Counted from the first letter of the stretch, positions 1-10,277 are shown. The stretch: 64,000 bases of DNA from Kiritimatiellia bacterium (GCA_040767085.1 JAXGPF010000012.1:32001-96000), one strand, 5' to 3'. Program-made: numbers and translations. The notes: a model not told the origin generated them from the letters alone.

Positions 1-4
1 CGAA

Positions 5-991
5 ATGGAGCGCCCGCCGCAGATGCGGCAGGGCCCGTGGTTGGAGGGGATGCTCCAGGTCTTCGAAAAAACGGCGGGGCTGGGCGCGGAACTGCTCAGC
101 ATCGAATCGGTCGGCGGCAAGGAATTACATGATGAAGCCCTGGCCAGTTGCGACCTGCCGGGAGTGATTTTCGCGCAGGCGGTGCTGGGCGTACGGGACA
201 TGGAATTCCTGTGGGACCATCTGAAGGACATCGCCGACCGGCATGGCGTGATATGCGCGGGCGACACTGCTTGCGGGTTTGCCAACACCGCCATGGTCCT
301 GGCCGACCGGGGCATGATTCCGCGCGTGTTCGCGGCGGTAGTGCGGGCCATCAGCGCCGTGCGCTCGCTGGCGGCCTACGAATGCGGGGCGGTGGGGCCG
401 GGCAAAGATTGCGGGTACGAGAATGTATTTCTGAAAGCGATTACCGGCTGTCCCATGTCCATGGAAGGCAAGACGGCCGCCTGCGCGCATTTGAGCGCGG
501 TGGGCAATATCGCGGCGGCGGCCTGCGACCTCTGGAGCAATGAGTCGGTGCAGGATATCAAGCTGTTGAGCGGGATGGCCCCCACCTGTTTCATGGAACA
601 ATTGATCTACGATTGCCGGCTGATGAACACCGCCGCCGCGGATGGGCCTGCCGGCGCGCTCAAACTGCGCGACTGGCTGGTCAAAAGCGATGCGCGCCTG
701 GACCCCCAGGCCTTCATCCTGGCGCCGGAAAATGTTCTGGCCATCGCGCGCGCCATCGTGGCGGCCCCTGGCCATTACCGGGCCGCTTGCGCGGCGGCGG
801 CAAAAACCATCAGCCTGCTGGAGGAAGGCGGGCGGGCGGGGGTGGTCAGCATCAGCCCGCGCGAGCAGCCCTGGTTGGATCGCATGCGCGAGGGCTTGGC
901 GGAAATGCCGGAACGGGAAGATGCTTTCATCGCGCAGATGTTGCCGCTGGTGGATGCGCAGCGTTGCCGGTTGGCGGAATACGGACTGTGA
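5..991 (+). CDS. mtaB: Methanol:corrinoid methyltransferase (MtaB family), probably 5'-truncated by the window edge
   Basis: Recognised MtaB motifs SIESxGGKExHD, GDTACGFANTAMVLA, GPGKDCGYE, MEGKTAACAHLS, DLWSNESVQ; the frame is open to the window start. Confidence 0.85.
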   Translation: MERPPQMRQGPWLEGMLQVFEKTAGLGAELLSIESVGGKELHDEALASCDLPGVIFAQAVLGVRDMEFLWDHLKDIADRHGVICAGDTACGFANTAMVLADRGMIPRVFAAVVRAISAVRSLAAYECGAVGPGKDCGYENVFLKAITGCPMSMEGKTAACAHLSAVGNIAAAACDLWSNESVQDIKLLSGMAPTCFMEQLIYDCRLMNTAAADGPAGALKLRDWLVKSDARLDPQAFILAPENVLAIARAIVAAPGHYRAACAAAAKTISLLEEGGRAGVVSISPREQPWLDRMREGLAEMPEREDAFIAQMLPLVDAQRCRLAEYGL

Positions 992-2231
992 TGCCGGATT
1001 CAGGGTGATCCCAGGACGCGCAATGCCGGCGCCGGTAATCGGCGGGAGTGACGCCGGTGTTTTGGCGGAAAACGCGGGAAAAGTAACTCTGGTCGGAAAA
1101 GCCGCACTCAAAGGCGATGTGCACGAGGCTTTTATCGGTGCGGGCGAGCAGCTCGCGCGCGCGGTTCACCCGCAAGTGCGTCAGGATTTTGGTAAAGGAT
1201 TGCCCGGCATGCGCCGTGAGCATGCGCGAAAAATGGCTGGGCGACATCCCAACGGCCCGCGCGGCGGAATTGCGGGTGAGGTCCCGGTCGAGGTGCTGCC
1301 GCAGGTGTTCCAGCGCGCGTTCCAGGATGTGCGCGTGCGGATTGTAATGGCGCTGCGCGCCGGATGTAAGTTGCGCCAGCAATTCATCCACCCATTTTTG
1401 CGCCGCCGCCTGGTTGCAGAGCGCGGGCAGCCGCATTATGGTCCGGTGGAACGCGCCAGCCAGCGCCGGCGGGTCGCCGCCAGCCTCTAACGCGGCGCGG
1501 TAGCACATGACCGCCAATTCCAGGGCTATGTTCCGGGTTTGCGCCAGATCGTCCGGCGGCAAACCCGCCAGGATGCGGCAGGTGATGCGATGCGCCCGGT
1601 CCGCGTCGCTGTCATGCACTGCGGTCAGCAGGGCCGGCTCCTCGCGCAGATATACCAGCCGGGCCTCCGGCCGCCGCCAGGTTTTAACGGCGTGAATGGC
1701 TTCCGCCTTGTCGCGTTCGCGCCGGGCCGCCAGGCGCTGTTGCAGCATCCGGGCGGCGTTCAGGAGATTGCGCCGCTCCGCCAGCTCCTGCAGGGCGACG
1801 ATGGCGGCGCGGATGCGCGCCGGCGGGAGGGTCTGGCCGGATGGATTTTCCGGGGCCACGCCCACCACCACCAGCCCGCCCAGCAGCAGGTCGTTCAGCA
1901 TCAGCGGCACGGCCCATAATAAAAAACCGGCCGGGCAGATTGCCAGGCAGGATTCGCCCCAGCGCAACGCTTCCGCCACCGCGTCGCGCCGGGTGGCGCA
2001 ACAAGCGGCTGCCTGCCCGCAGCGCCGGCAGGCGGCGCGTCCGTAAAATATCGCTCCCGCGGGAGTGACGCAGACCAGGGGAAACCCGGTCAGGTCCATG
2101 TAAGTTTGCTGCAGGTTGCGGAACTCCGCCGGACTGAGCAGGCGAGCGGGCGAGGCCGGCGCGGGTGGCGGCGGGACAACGGCGCGGCGGCCGGGTCTGC
2201 CGGCGCCGGGATGTGTCGGGCATGGCTTCAT
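927..2231 (-). CDS. AraC-family regulator with N-terminal PocR-type sensor domain
   Basis: C-terminal AraC double HTH (IAFECGFSDQSYFSRVFRQNTGVTPADYR); N-terminal Cys-containing PocR-like region (LTGFPLVCVTPAG...CPAGFLLWAVPL). Confidence 0.8.
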   Translation of the reverse strand: MKPCPTHPGAGRPGRRAVVPPPPAPASPARLLSPAEFRNLQQTYMDLTGFPLVCVTPAGAIFYGRAACRRCGQAAACCATRRDAVAEALRWGESCLAICPAGFLLWAVPLMLNDLLLGGLVVVGVAPENPSGQTLPPARIRAAIVALQELAERRNLLNAARMLQQRLAARRERDKAEAIHAVKTWRRPEARLVYLREEPALLTAVHDSDADRAHRITCRILAGLPPDDLAQTRNIALELAVMCYRAALEAGGDPPALAGAFHRTIMRLPALCNQAAAQKWVDELLAQLTSGAQRHYNPHAHILERALEHLRQHLDRDLTRNSAARAVGMSPSHFSRMLTAHAGQSFTKILTHLRVNRARELLARTDKSLVHIAFECGFSDQSYFSRVFRQNTGVTPADYRRRHCASWDHPESGITVRIPPTGNAAHPPAATSAR

Positions 2232-2253
2232 GCGCTGGATTGCTCCGGGCGCT

Positions 2254-2739
2254 TCAAACAGATTGCTTGTCAGACGAGGCCGCCAATTTCTTGGTCAGGA
2301 CGAACATCTTGAAGGCATCGGTGACGATGACGTCTTCCGCGTGGAATCCCTGTTTCAGGCAAAGCTGCAACGCCTGCTGCATCTGGTCCGTGCCCCGGAA
2401 ATTGACATTCTGGTAATGCCGGTCGAAACAGAATTCCAGGGCTTTGCAAAGAAGCATGGCGCCGTATCCCTGGCCGCGGCAATCCTTGCGGACAAACACC
2501 CGGCGCAGGAGAGCGGTATCGGGCGCATCCTCCTTGATGGCGACGGTGCCGACAATGCGGCCGTCTTTTTCCGCCACGAGGAAAATATCCTTGGCGCCGC
2601 TGTAGTAGGCGGAGGGATTTTCCAGGTCGTGCCGGGCGTAAGCGCCCTGCACGGCGCCGAATTCATCGCGCATGATTTCATCAATCAACTGGCGGACCTG
2701 CGTGTTGTCGGCGGGTTGAATCTGGCGGATGGAAATCAT
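2254..2739 (-). CDS. GNAT family N-acetyltransferase
   Basis: Acetyl-CoA motif VFVRKDCRGQGYG; start placed at MISIRQ behind a GGAAGG RBS. Confidence 0.85.
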   Translation of the reverse strand: MISIRQIQPADNTQVRQLIDEIMRDEFGAVQGAYARHDLENPSAYYSGAKDIFLVAEKDGRIVGTVAIKEDAPDTALLRRVFVRKDCRGQGYGAMLLCKALEFCFDRHYQNVNFRGTDQMQQALQLCLKQGFHAEDVIVTDAFKMFVLTKKLAASSDKQSV

Positions 2740-2770
2740 GGTGTGCCTTCCTGGTTCGGCCGGGTTTGTT

Positions 2771-5506
2771 TCATGGGGGCGGGGCGGCGGCGTCCGGCGC
2801 GCCGCCATTGGCCGGGGCGGCGGGCGTGGGGAGTTCCAACTCGGGGCGCTGCCGCGGCTTGGTGTTCTCTTCCTGGTCGGGATCAGGCTTGGCCAGGTCG
2901 CTGGCGGTCCATCCCTTCAGCCACAAGTTGGTGGAAGCGCCCATGGCGGAATGGCGCCGGGCGGTCTCTTCCATGGCGCGTTCCGGGGTGTCCAGCACGT
3001 AGGGCGTGATCATGACCAGCAATTCGCGCCGGGCTTTTTCCTCGGAATCGGAACGGAACAACATGCCCAGCAGCGGAATCCGGCGCAAAAATGGAATGCC
3101 GGTGTTCCCGGTGGACTCCTCCGTGCTGACCAGCCCGCCCAGCACGATGGTCCGGCCGTCGTTGATGGCGACGGAGGCGTTCAGTTCGCGGGTGGTGATA
3201 ATCGGCACCTTGTTCTGGTCAATTGTCACATCGCCGCCGACGTTGTCGATGGTCTGCTCGATGTCCATCACCACGAACCCTTTTTTATTGATGCGCGGCG
3301 TCACCACCAGTTCGATGCCGATGTCGGTGTAGGCGTAGCCCGATTGCTGCACGCCGCCGGAAGATAAACTGGTGGAGGTGACGATGGGCCGCCGTTCGCC
3401 CACGAGGATTTTAGCCTCGGTATTGTCGGTGGTGAGGATAATCGGCGTCGAAAGAATGCGGGCGTCGGATGAAGTGGCCAGCATGTTCAACACGGCGTCA
3501 ATGTTGAAGTCAAAGAACGTAAAATAATAAGTCAGGCCGGAGCCGGGCCCGGCCGGGCTGTCGCCGATGGTGTTGATGGCGGCGGCGTTGCGCAGCACGG
3601 CCTCGGCGCCGGCCCGGCTGGCGCCTGAGAACCCCAGGAATGCCCGGCGTCCGCCCGATTGTTTTTCATTGTAGGCAATCATCGAGCGTTGCAGCCAGTC
3701 CACGCCCATGCGCGTGTTGTCGTCCAGATTGACCTCAATGATGACCACCTCGATCAGGACCTGGGAGAGCATGATGTCCACCTTGGTCAGGACGTCTTCA
3801 ATCACCTCCATGTCGGTTTTGCTGGCCATGATCAGCAGCGCGTTGATGCGGGGATCGGCGATGATTTTGACGTCATCGGAAAGCCGGCCTTCAATGGTAA
3901 TTTCGCCGCCCGCGTTGCCGCCGCCGGCGGGGGCAGGCTGGGCCGGCGCAGGCTGGGGAAAGGATGTCGGCAGCGGCCGGGTGCGGCTGTCGTCCTGTCT
4001 CTTGTCGGTGGGTGTTTTAGCGGTCGAGGATGACTTGGAGGCGCCGACCAGGCTGTTTAAAACATCCACCACTTTCTCAGAATCGGCGTATTCCAGGCGG
4101 ATGACCTTGATGGAAACATCCGGGTCAACCTGTTTGTCGAGGGCGGCGATGATGTTGTCGAAAAAGTCAAATTGGTCCGGCCGGGTGATGATGATCAGAA
4201 TGTTCGTGCGGTCGTCGGCGACGATTTTAACCTTACCCTGGATCAGGCTGCGTTCCAGGGAGCCGGCGGCGGAGGGGGTGGCCGCGGCGGCGGCCGGGGT
4301 CGGCGGCTGGCCGGGACGGCGGAGCGGCATGCGCGCGGCGAGCAACTGCTGCCGCAGCAGGGAGGCGCGGTTGTCGGTGGTCTGGGTATCGGCGATAATG
4401 GCTTCGATTTTCGACTGGATTTCGGAAGCCTTAGCGTAGCGGATTTGAAAAATACGGAATTCCTCGCGGGAACCGATGGGCAGATCGATTAATTCCAGCA
4501 CCTCGGCGATCCGTTTCAGGTTGACGGCGGTGTCGGTGATCAGCAGGCAGTTGATGCGTTCCAGCGGAATGATCTTGCCGTTGGGGCTGACGAGATTCTG
4601 CAGCGTGCCCTGCGCCTCGGCGATTTCCAGGTGCTTCAATTCCATGATGCGGCTGACCAGGTGGCCGGTGTCGCTGACCTTTTCATCCAGCGGCCCGGTC
4701 AAGGTGGCCATGCCGGACTGGCGGGCGACGCCGATGGGGACGACTTTCAGGAACTTATCGCCCATCGGCACCAGGGCAATGCCATGCATGCCCAGGATGC
4801 CCTCAATGGCCAGCAAAGCTTCGCGCTTGGGGATGCGGCGCGGGCATTTTAACGTGATTTTCGCCGCCGGAACATCCGGCGCTTTCATCAAGGCCCGTCC
4901 AGTCCATTCGCTGTACTGCTTCAAGACTTCATCCACATCCCAGTTTTCGTACTTGAGCCGCACCGGCAATTCATCCGAGTTGGTGGTGACCAGGTCCGGT
5001 TCCCAGTCGTCTTCATCTTCCGCTGCGATTCCGGCGGCCGCCTGATCCGACGCGGAAGAGGGGGTGAACCCGGTGAAAGGCCCCGCGGTGACTGGCGCGG
5101 CGGCAGGCTGACCGGCGCTGCCATCGCCAATGTTCCGCAGGCTTTTTTCAGGCCTGCTGGCCGCCGGGCTGGCCGGCAGTTCCGGCGCGGCGGCATGGGG
5201 GGGCACGGCCTCCGCCGATGCCGGGGCGAGTTGACCGGCGCGGTCATTGTCCGGCATGAAAACAGGGAGCGGCGCATTGGTGAGCGGGACCGGCTGGAAA
5301 AAATTCGGCGGGTTGGTAGTTCCCGGCGCAAATCCGAAAACCGGCGGGCGCGCGGACGGCTGGATTTTGCCGGCCTGGCCGGCGGCGGGCGCCTGCTCCG
5401 AGCCGCTGCCGGGTTCTTCCGCGTCGGCGAGGCGGGCCGTGACGAACAGCCCGGCGGCAAACAAGGCCGCGGGCAGGCATTTTAGAATATGGCGGTGCAT
5501 GTTCAA
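2771..5506 (-). CDS. gspD: Type II secretion secretin
   Basis: Signal peptide, long Pro/Ala-rich N-terminal extension, N-domain repeats (ADDRTNILII, ADPRINALLI), secretin core (QVLIEVVIIEV, GIPFLRRIPLLGMLFR). Confidence 0.9.
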   Translation of the reverse strand: MNMHRHILKCLPAALFAAGLFVTARLADAEEPGSGSEQAPAAGQAGKIQPSARPPVFGFAPGTTNPPNFFQPVPLTNAPLPVFMPDNDRAGQLAPASAEAVPPHAAAPELPASPAASRPEKSLRNIGDGSAGQPAAAPVTAGPFTGFTPSSASDQAAAGIAAEDEDDWEPDLVTTNSDELPVRLKYENWDVDEVLKQYSEWTGRALMKAPDVPAAKITLKCPRRIPKREALLAIEGILGMHGIALVPMGDKFLKVVPIGVARQSGMATLTGPLDEKVSDTGHLVSRIMELKHLEIAEAQGTLQNLVSPNGKIIPLERINCLLITDTAVNLKRIAEVLELIDLPIGSREEFRIFQIRYAKASEIQSKIEAIIADTQTTDNRASLLRQQLLAARMPLRRPGQPPTPAAAAATPSAAGSLERSLIQGKVKIVADDRTNILIIITRPDQFDFFDNIIAALDKQVDPDVSIKVIRLEYADSEKVVDVLNSLVGASKSSSTAKTPTDKRQDDSRTRPLPTSFPQPAPAQPAPAGGGNAGGEITIEGRLSDDVKIIADPRINALLIMASKTDMEVIEDVLTKVDIMLSQVLIEVVIIEVNLDDNTRMGVDWLQRSMIAYNEKQSGGRRAFLGFSGASRAGAEAVLRNAAAINTIGDSPAGPGSGLTYYFTFFDFNIDAVLNMLATSSDARILSTPIILTTDNTEAKILVGERRPIVTSTSLSSGGVQQSGYAYTDIGIELVVTPRINKKGFVVMDIEQTIDNVGGDVTIDQNKVPIITTRELNASVAINDGRTIVLGGLVSTEESTGNTGIPFLRRIPLLGMLFRSDSEEKARRELLVMITPYVLDTPERAMEETARRHSAMGASTNLWLKGWTASDLAKPDPDQEENTKPRQRPELELPTPAAPANGGAPDAAAPPP

Positions 5507-5606
5507 GTTCAGTATAGCAGAAAGGATGGAGCAATTTTAACGGTTTGTTCCGATTAACTCACGAGAGTATTCCAAAAAATCGGGCAAAGGGCAATAAATT
5601 TACACT

Positions 5607-6263
5607 TTATTCCGCCGTCTCGGCTGCCGGTGTTTCAGCTGGTTCGGCTGACGAATTGGTTGGGGATTGGCCCGCGGGGCCGGGGGCGGTTTCGGCCGGG
5701 GCGCCGGCCGCCGCAGGCTGGCTGGCGGCGTCGTCGGGCGAGAGCCGGCTGTATATGCATACGATGACGAAATTGCCTTTCAATTTGGCGTCTTTGCCGG
5801 AAACCAGGGAGACGGTCAATTCCTCCATGTCCATCACCGCGGATTGTTTTTCCAGGGCGTAGATAAACCGCACCAGGGCTTCCAATTCGCCTTCCCATGT
5901 GCAATCGATCAGCAATTCCAGCAGATCGCCGAATGCCTTTTCCTTTTGCGCGTTGCGCTTGATCAACGTCAGGTTGCTTTCGCCTGCCAGCCGCTCCAGC
6001 AGGCGCAGGTAGTCGGCGGTCACGTCGCGGTCGGCAGGATGGCGGTCAACGCTGGTGCGGAGTTTATCCATACGTTCCACCCATTGCGGGCGCTGGTCCA
6101 CCAGGCGTTGGGCGAGCTTGATTTGCTCGGTAACGGCCTGGTGGTAATGGCGCATTTCCTGCCAGGCGGCCAGGCGGGGGTGAATCACCCAGTAGGTCAT
6201 TCCCGTCAGCAATACCAGCCCGGTGCACCACCCCAGGATCAATTCGCGTTGGGAGATTTTCAC
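5607..6263 (-). CDS. GspM/PilO-like inner-membrane platform protein
   Basis: MKISQRE followed by a single TM, coiled coil and GELEALVRFIYALE motif; lies between GspL-like gene and gspD. Confidence 0.7.
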   Translation of the reverse strand: MKISQRELILGWCTGLVLLTGMTYWVIHPRLAAWQEMRHYHQAVTEQIKLAQRLVDQRPQWVERMDKLRTSVDRHPADRDVTADYLRLLERLAGESNLTLIKRNAQKEKAFGDLLELLIDCTWEGELEALVRFIYALEKQSAVMDMEELTVSLVSGKDAKLKGNFVIVCIYSRLSPDDAASQPAAAGAPAETAPGPAGQSPTNSSAEPAETPAAETAE

Positions 6264-7816
6264 TTGGGCTCCTCGGGGAAGCGGGCGTTCATCTGGAAGG
6301 TTTGCACCGTAATTTCCCGGCGCTTGCCGGGTTGGACGCTGCCCATTTCAACCTGGTCGAACAGCGCTGTCCCGTCAAGCGCCTGCTTGAAATCATAAAT
6401 CGGCTCGACGGTTTCGGCTTCACCGCGCAAGATCACGCTCCGCCCGCGTTTGAAGTGGAAGGAAGTAATATTGGCGCCGGCTGGCAAAAGGTGGCTGACT
6501 TCCCGCAGGGCTTCCAGGGCCAGGCGGTTGCGGGCCAGGGATTGCTCGAATGAGCGCAATTTGCGCTGTAACATGCGCACTTCTTCCGACGGCACTTTCA
6601 GGGATTGCATCCGCGCGTCCAGGCGTTCGTTGCGGATGCGCTCCAGGCGGTAGCCGCTGAAAAACGCCCCCATGCCGGCCAGCCATACCGCCAGGATCGC
6701 GGCGGTCGCCAGCAGCAATTTGCGTTTTAATTGCCGCGCCGCCGACGCCGCGCGCCAGGCCGCGGGGATGAAGTCCATGACCGCCTTCTCGCCCTGGGGG
6801 ACGGCGCGCGGCTGGAACGGCGGGGCAAGCATCCGCCGGGCGATGGAGGAACTCAAGGCCGGCAGGTCGGCCAACGGGGCGAGTTCCACCGGACAGTTCA
6901 AAGCCTTGGCCAGAATGTCCCGCCAGGCCGGTGTTCCGGTCCCGCCGCCGGACTCAGGCAGGACACCGGCTCCGGCGGAGCCATCCCGGATATCCTCCCT
7001 GGCCCCGTCCTGCCCGCCGCCGGACCAGAAACGCACTCCGGCAATGGCGGCCGGCCCCTGTTCGATATCCAGCGCCAGGGTTAAATTCTGAATTTCCAGC
7101 ACCAGTTCGGCGGCGAATTCTTCCGGGGGCAGTTCTTCCGGAAAGTGCATCAGGTTGAATGACAGCGGCTGCCCGCGCTGCGCAGTGATCAGCAGAATCT
7201 GGCCGGCTTCCAAGATGCCGAAGATACGCCGGTCAGCGCCGGAGTCCCGGCTGGCACCGGAGTCCCGGCTGGCACCGGAGTCCCGGCTGGCGCCGGAGTC
7301 CCGGCTGCCGATGTAGTCGCGGATAACGCGCCACCAGACTGCGGGCGCGGCATCCAGACGCCGCAAATCCAGCCCGGCGCCGGCGCAGAGCGCGCCGATG
7401 AAATCCACGGATTCCTTCTGCACGCCGGCCATCAGCACCAGCCGGCGGTTTTCGCTGCTCTCCAGCGTTTCATAGGCAATGGCCATGTGATCGTCGGGAA
7501 ACGGCGAAATCTTGTCCATCTGCAGTTGGATCATGCTGTCCATTTCCGCGGCGTCGCAGGCTGGCAGTTCCATGACGCGGATCAACATGCGTTCCGAGGG
7601 CAGGGCAAAGGCAACCGGGCCAGCCAGGGCGGGAAATTGCTTCCGGAGCTGCGCGGCCAGGGCCTTGGGATCCGCGGCCGCCGCGTCGTCAACTTCCAGG
7701 GCGCCGGATTCCGGCGGGGCGTAAACCGGTCCCTCCGGCCCCGCTGTCACGGCGGTCCAGTGGAATGTGTTGCCGCGCCGGAACATGCCGGTGATTATTT
7801 TCTTGCCGATGCGCAT
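6260..7816 (-). CDS. GspL / PilM-PilN-like protein
   Basis: Actin-like N-terminus (RVMELP...ISPFP), one TM, PilN-like C-terminus; 4-nt overlap with the next gene. Confidence 0.75.
   Translation of the reverse strand: MRIGKKIITGMFRRGNTFHWTAVTAGPEGPVYAPPESGALEVDDAAAADPKALAAQLRKQFPALAGPVAFALPSERMLIRVMELPACDAAEMDSMIQLQMDKISPFPDDHMAIAYETLESSENRRLVLMAGVQKESVDFIGALCAGAGLDLRRLDAAPAVWWRVIRDYIGSRDSGASRDSGASRDSGASRDSGADRRIFGILEAGQILLITAQRGQPLSFNLMHFPEELPPEEFAAELVLEIQNLTLALDIEQGPAAIAGVRFWSGGGQDGAREDIRDGSAGAGVLPESGGGTGTPAWRDILAKALNCPVELAPLADLPALSSSIARRMLAPPFQPRAVPQGEKAVMDFIPAAWRAASAARQLKRKLLLATAAILAVWLAGMGAFFSGYRLERIRNERLDARMQSLKVPSEEVRMLQRKLRSFEQSLARNRLALEALREVSHLLPAGANITSFHFKRGRSVILRGEAETVEPIYDFKQALDGTALFDQVEMGSVQPGKRREITVQTFQMNARFPEEPK
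7236..7307. repeat. In-frame tandem repeat, 4 x 18 bp (GCRCCGGAGTCCCGGCTG), encoding (SRDSGA)4
   Basis: Read directly from sequence and translation. Confidence 0.95.
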
Positions 7817-7870
7817 AACCTGGCATTGTCCATGATTGCCCGGAATCTGTCAATTCCTATCGCCGCGGGC

Positions 7871-8962
7871 TCATTCGGTTGATCCTTCCGTCCACTTGAG
7901 AATTTGCAGCTTCTTGCCGTCGAGTTTAATGATGCAATTGATCTGGATAGCCATATCCTTCACCTGGCCGACCGACTTCAGGTTGAAGATGCCATTGTGC
8001 TTAAAGGCGGGATTGTCGCCCTCAATCAAATTCAGTAGCGCTTTCAGTTCGTTCAAGTCGTTGTCGGTATATGGGATATCATCGCTGGTGCCGATAATGC
8101 CGTCGGGGCCGGCGCGCGAATCTATGATCTGCTGGGCCAGCAGGGAATCAATATTGTAATACCCCATCAGGGTGTCCAGGTCGGCGGCGTTGACGTTGAG
8201 TTTGCCGTCGGAGGGGTAAACGGTGAAAAAGCCGGCCAGGGCGTCAAAGACCGTGATTTCCCGGTCGGGAATGATTTCGTCAAATCCCTTGATCATGATC
8301 AACTCGTTCACCGTGTCGAGCATGCGGTTCTTGGCCTTGTAGGGCGGGTCGAGGCTTTCGTAGTAATCCGATTCCGCGCCATTCAGGAGCGTATCATCGC
8401 CCTCATCCACCCAGTCCACCAGCGTGTCCACCAGCACGATGCCGATATCCCACGGCACACCGGCCTGTTCCAGGATGGAGGCCATCCGCGCGGCCGCCAG
8501 TTTGTATTCATCCGATACGGAAGGTTTGAGCAGGTCCTGGATCAGCTTGACCAGGTCGATTTTGCCGTTTTCCGGGGTGATAGAAACCTTGATGAGGCCG
8601 CTGCCCAATTCGCGCTGCAATTCGGCGCCGCCGCCGTTGTAGATTGCCAGGGTGGCCGCGCGCATTTCTGTGTCTTCACCGAGGGATATATATGATTCCG
8701 ATTCGTGGTTTTTCAGGGCCGGGTCGTCGGTGGCGAACATGGCCATGCGCGCCAGTTCAATGCCGGAGCGCGCGAGGTATTCCGCCTGCAGCTTGCGCCG
8801 CCAGGTGGAGGTGATGCGCGACTCGATGTGCATGTCAAAGGCAAACGCCAGCACAAACATTGAAAGGAGGCCCACCACCCACAAAACCACCACCAGGGCC
8901 GAGCCGTCGCGGGTGTTTTGGCTTACGGACACGGATTGCATGCCGGCATTCGTTGTTTTCAT
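7871..8962 (-). CDS. gspK: Minor pseudopilin GspK
   Basis: GSALVVVLWVV N-terminus, AEYLARSGIE, DWVDEGDD, ELIMIKGF, GKLNVNAA. Confidence 0.85.
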   Translation of the reverse strand: MKTTNAGMQSVSVSQNTRDGSALVVVLWVVGLLSMFVLAFAFDMHIESRITSTWRRKLQAEYLARSGIELARMAMFATDDPALKNHESESYISLGEDTEMRAATLAIYNGGGAELQRELGSGLIKVSITPENGKIDLVKLIQDLLKPSVSDEYKLAAARMASILEQAGVPWDIGIVLVDTLVDWVDEGDDTLLNGAESDYYESLDPPYKAKNRMLDTVNELIMIKGFDEIIPDREITVFDALAGFFTVYPSDGKLNVNAADLDTLMGYYNIDSLLAQQIIDSRAGPDGIIGTSDDIPYTDNDLNELKALLNLIEGDNPAFKHNGIFNLKSVGQVKDMAIQINCIIKLDGKKLQILKWTEGSTE

Positions 8963-9789
8963 GGCGGGCCGCCTCTTTGCGGATGGGACAGGGGCGCGAC
9001 GGGTATTACGACCGTGCGCCGCAACTCCACCGGGTCATCGCCCGGTTCCAGCGGCGTCAGGTAAAGCGACATTTCCACGGCCAGGGGGAGGGTATTGGTC
9101 AAGGCGTCCTCCCATTCTTCTTCCCATTCCCAGCCGTCGTCGCCGACATTGGTGGAGACGCGGCAATCCAGGCCGACGATATTGGCCGCGATGAAAAAAG
9201 GCGGCTCTTCTTCCGGGTCGAAATCATCCAGCAGCCCGGTGTAAGGCGGCCAGGCGCGCGCCGCCAGGGCCGGCTGCCCATCCTCGTCTTCCTCCACGGA
9301 TAGTTGTATCCGGTGCGGCCCATGTTGCCGGGGCGAGTCCTGCGGCAGCAGTTCGGGGCCGTTTTTGACCCAACTGATAACATCGCGCGCCTCCGCGCCT
9401 TCGCCGTTGTCCTCCAGCCAGAAACCGAATCCCGCGGACTGCGCGCCGGCATCGGCGGAGTATGGGTAAAAGGACGAACGCAGCCCGGCGGAGATTTGTT
9501 CCATCATGAATTCCCCGCGGTTGAGATTGTCCGCCATCGTCGTGCCGCGCTGCCAGGCGCGGGTGATGCCGTAAAACGTGCTGAGGGCGATGGCCATGGC
9601 GGTGGCCATGATCGCCAGGGCGATCAGCAGTTCCAGCAGGGTGAATGCCCGTTGCGCCGGGCGGGAATCCCCGACCGGCGGACCGGCCGGGGCAGGGTGC
9701 GGCCTCCGGCCGCGGCTTGCGGCGTATCCGGCATCGCCCGGGCGACATGGCAAAAGGGCGGCGCAGCAAGCATTTGACACCTTGTTCAT
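8959..9789 (-). CDS. Prepilin-type N-terminal cleavage protein, GspJ-like (start uncertain)
   Basis: RAFTLLELLIALAI type III signal; directly upstream of gspK with a 4-nt overlap. Confidence 0.7.
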   Translation of the reverse strand: MNKVSNACCAALLPCRPGDAGYAASRGRRPHPAPAGPPVGDSRPAQRAFTLLELLIALAIMATAMAIALSTFYGITRAWQRGTTMADNLNRGEFMMEQISAGLRSSFYPYSADAGAQSAGFGFWLEDNGEGAEARDVISWVKNGPELLPQDSPRQHGPHRIQLSVEEDEDGQPALAARAWPPYTGLLDDFDPEEEPPFFIAANIVGLDCRVSTNVGDDGWEWEEEWEDALTNTLPLAVEMSLYLTPLEPGDDPVELRRTVVIPVAPLSHPQRGGPP

Positions 9790-9854
9790 ACCGTTCCAAT
9801 TTAGCGCAAAAGGCCGGGCGATACAATACAAACATCGCCGGGGAGGACTTCCTC

Positions 9855-10160
9855 GGCGCGGTACGCCGTTCGGCTGCTGCAGAAGCATTCCGGAATGTCC
9901 GTCAAAGCCGGACCGCTACAGGAATCTGGATGTAGTGGCGTCCGGCTTCGCTGCAGCTACGCCGGATACGGCCAGGCTTCGGCGGGCATGGCCAAGGATT
10001 GTCTTGCGTAGGGCTGCGTCATTCTCGTGAAAGACGGCTCCGTCGGAGACGTCGCCCTACCTTCAGCAGATTCCCCAGGTGGGGCGAGCTCTACGAGCGA
10101 GCCGTCCGACTTTGACGGACTTCGTATTGCTCAGCCGGGCAAGCTGACCGCCCTCCCGAA
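9855..10160. repeat. Modular REP-like repeat cluster
   Basis: CGGCTCCGTCGGAGACGTCGCCCTACC (10035-10061) with inverted partner 10078-10104; modules shared with clusters at 17.3, 22.8, 28.4, 30.3 and 50.0 kb. Confidence 0.85.
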
Positions 10161-10232
10161 GAATAAAAAACAGAAGGTCAGACGTTCGGATCAATCCACC
10201 TGCATCAGGAGGTCTGATGCTGGCCTGACGCT

Positions 10233-10274
10233 AATTAGATCCCGTTCGAAAAGGTTTTCGAACGGAATCTAATT
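10233..10274. repeat. Inverted repeat with 20-bp arms (one mismatch) and a 2-nt loop
   Basis: AATTAGATCCCGTTCGAAAA-GG-TTTTCGAACGGAATCTAATT. Confidence 0.9.
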
Positions 10275-10277
10275 GCG

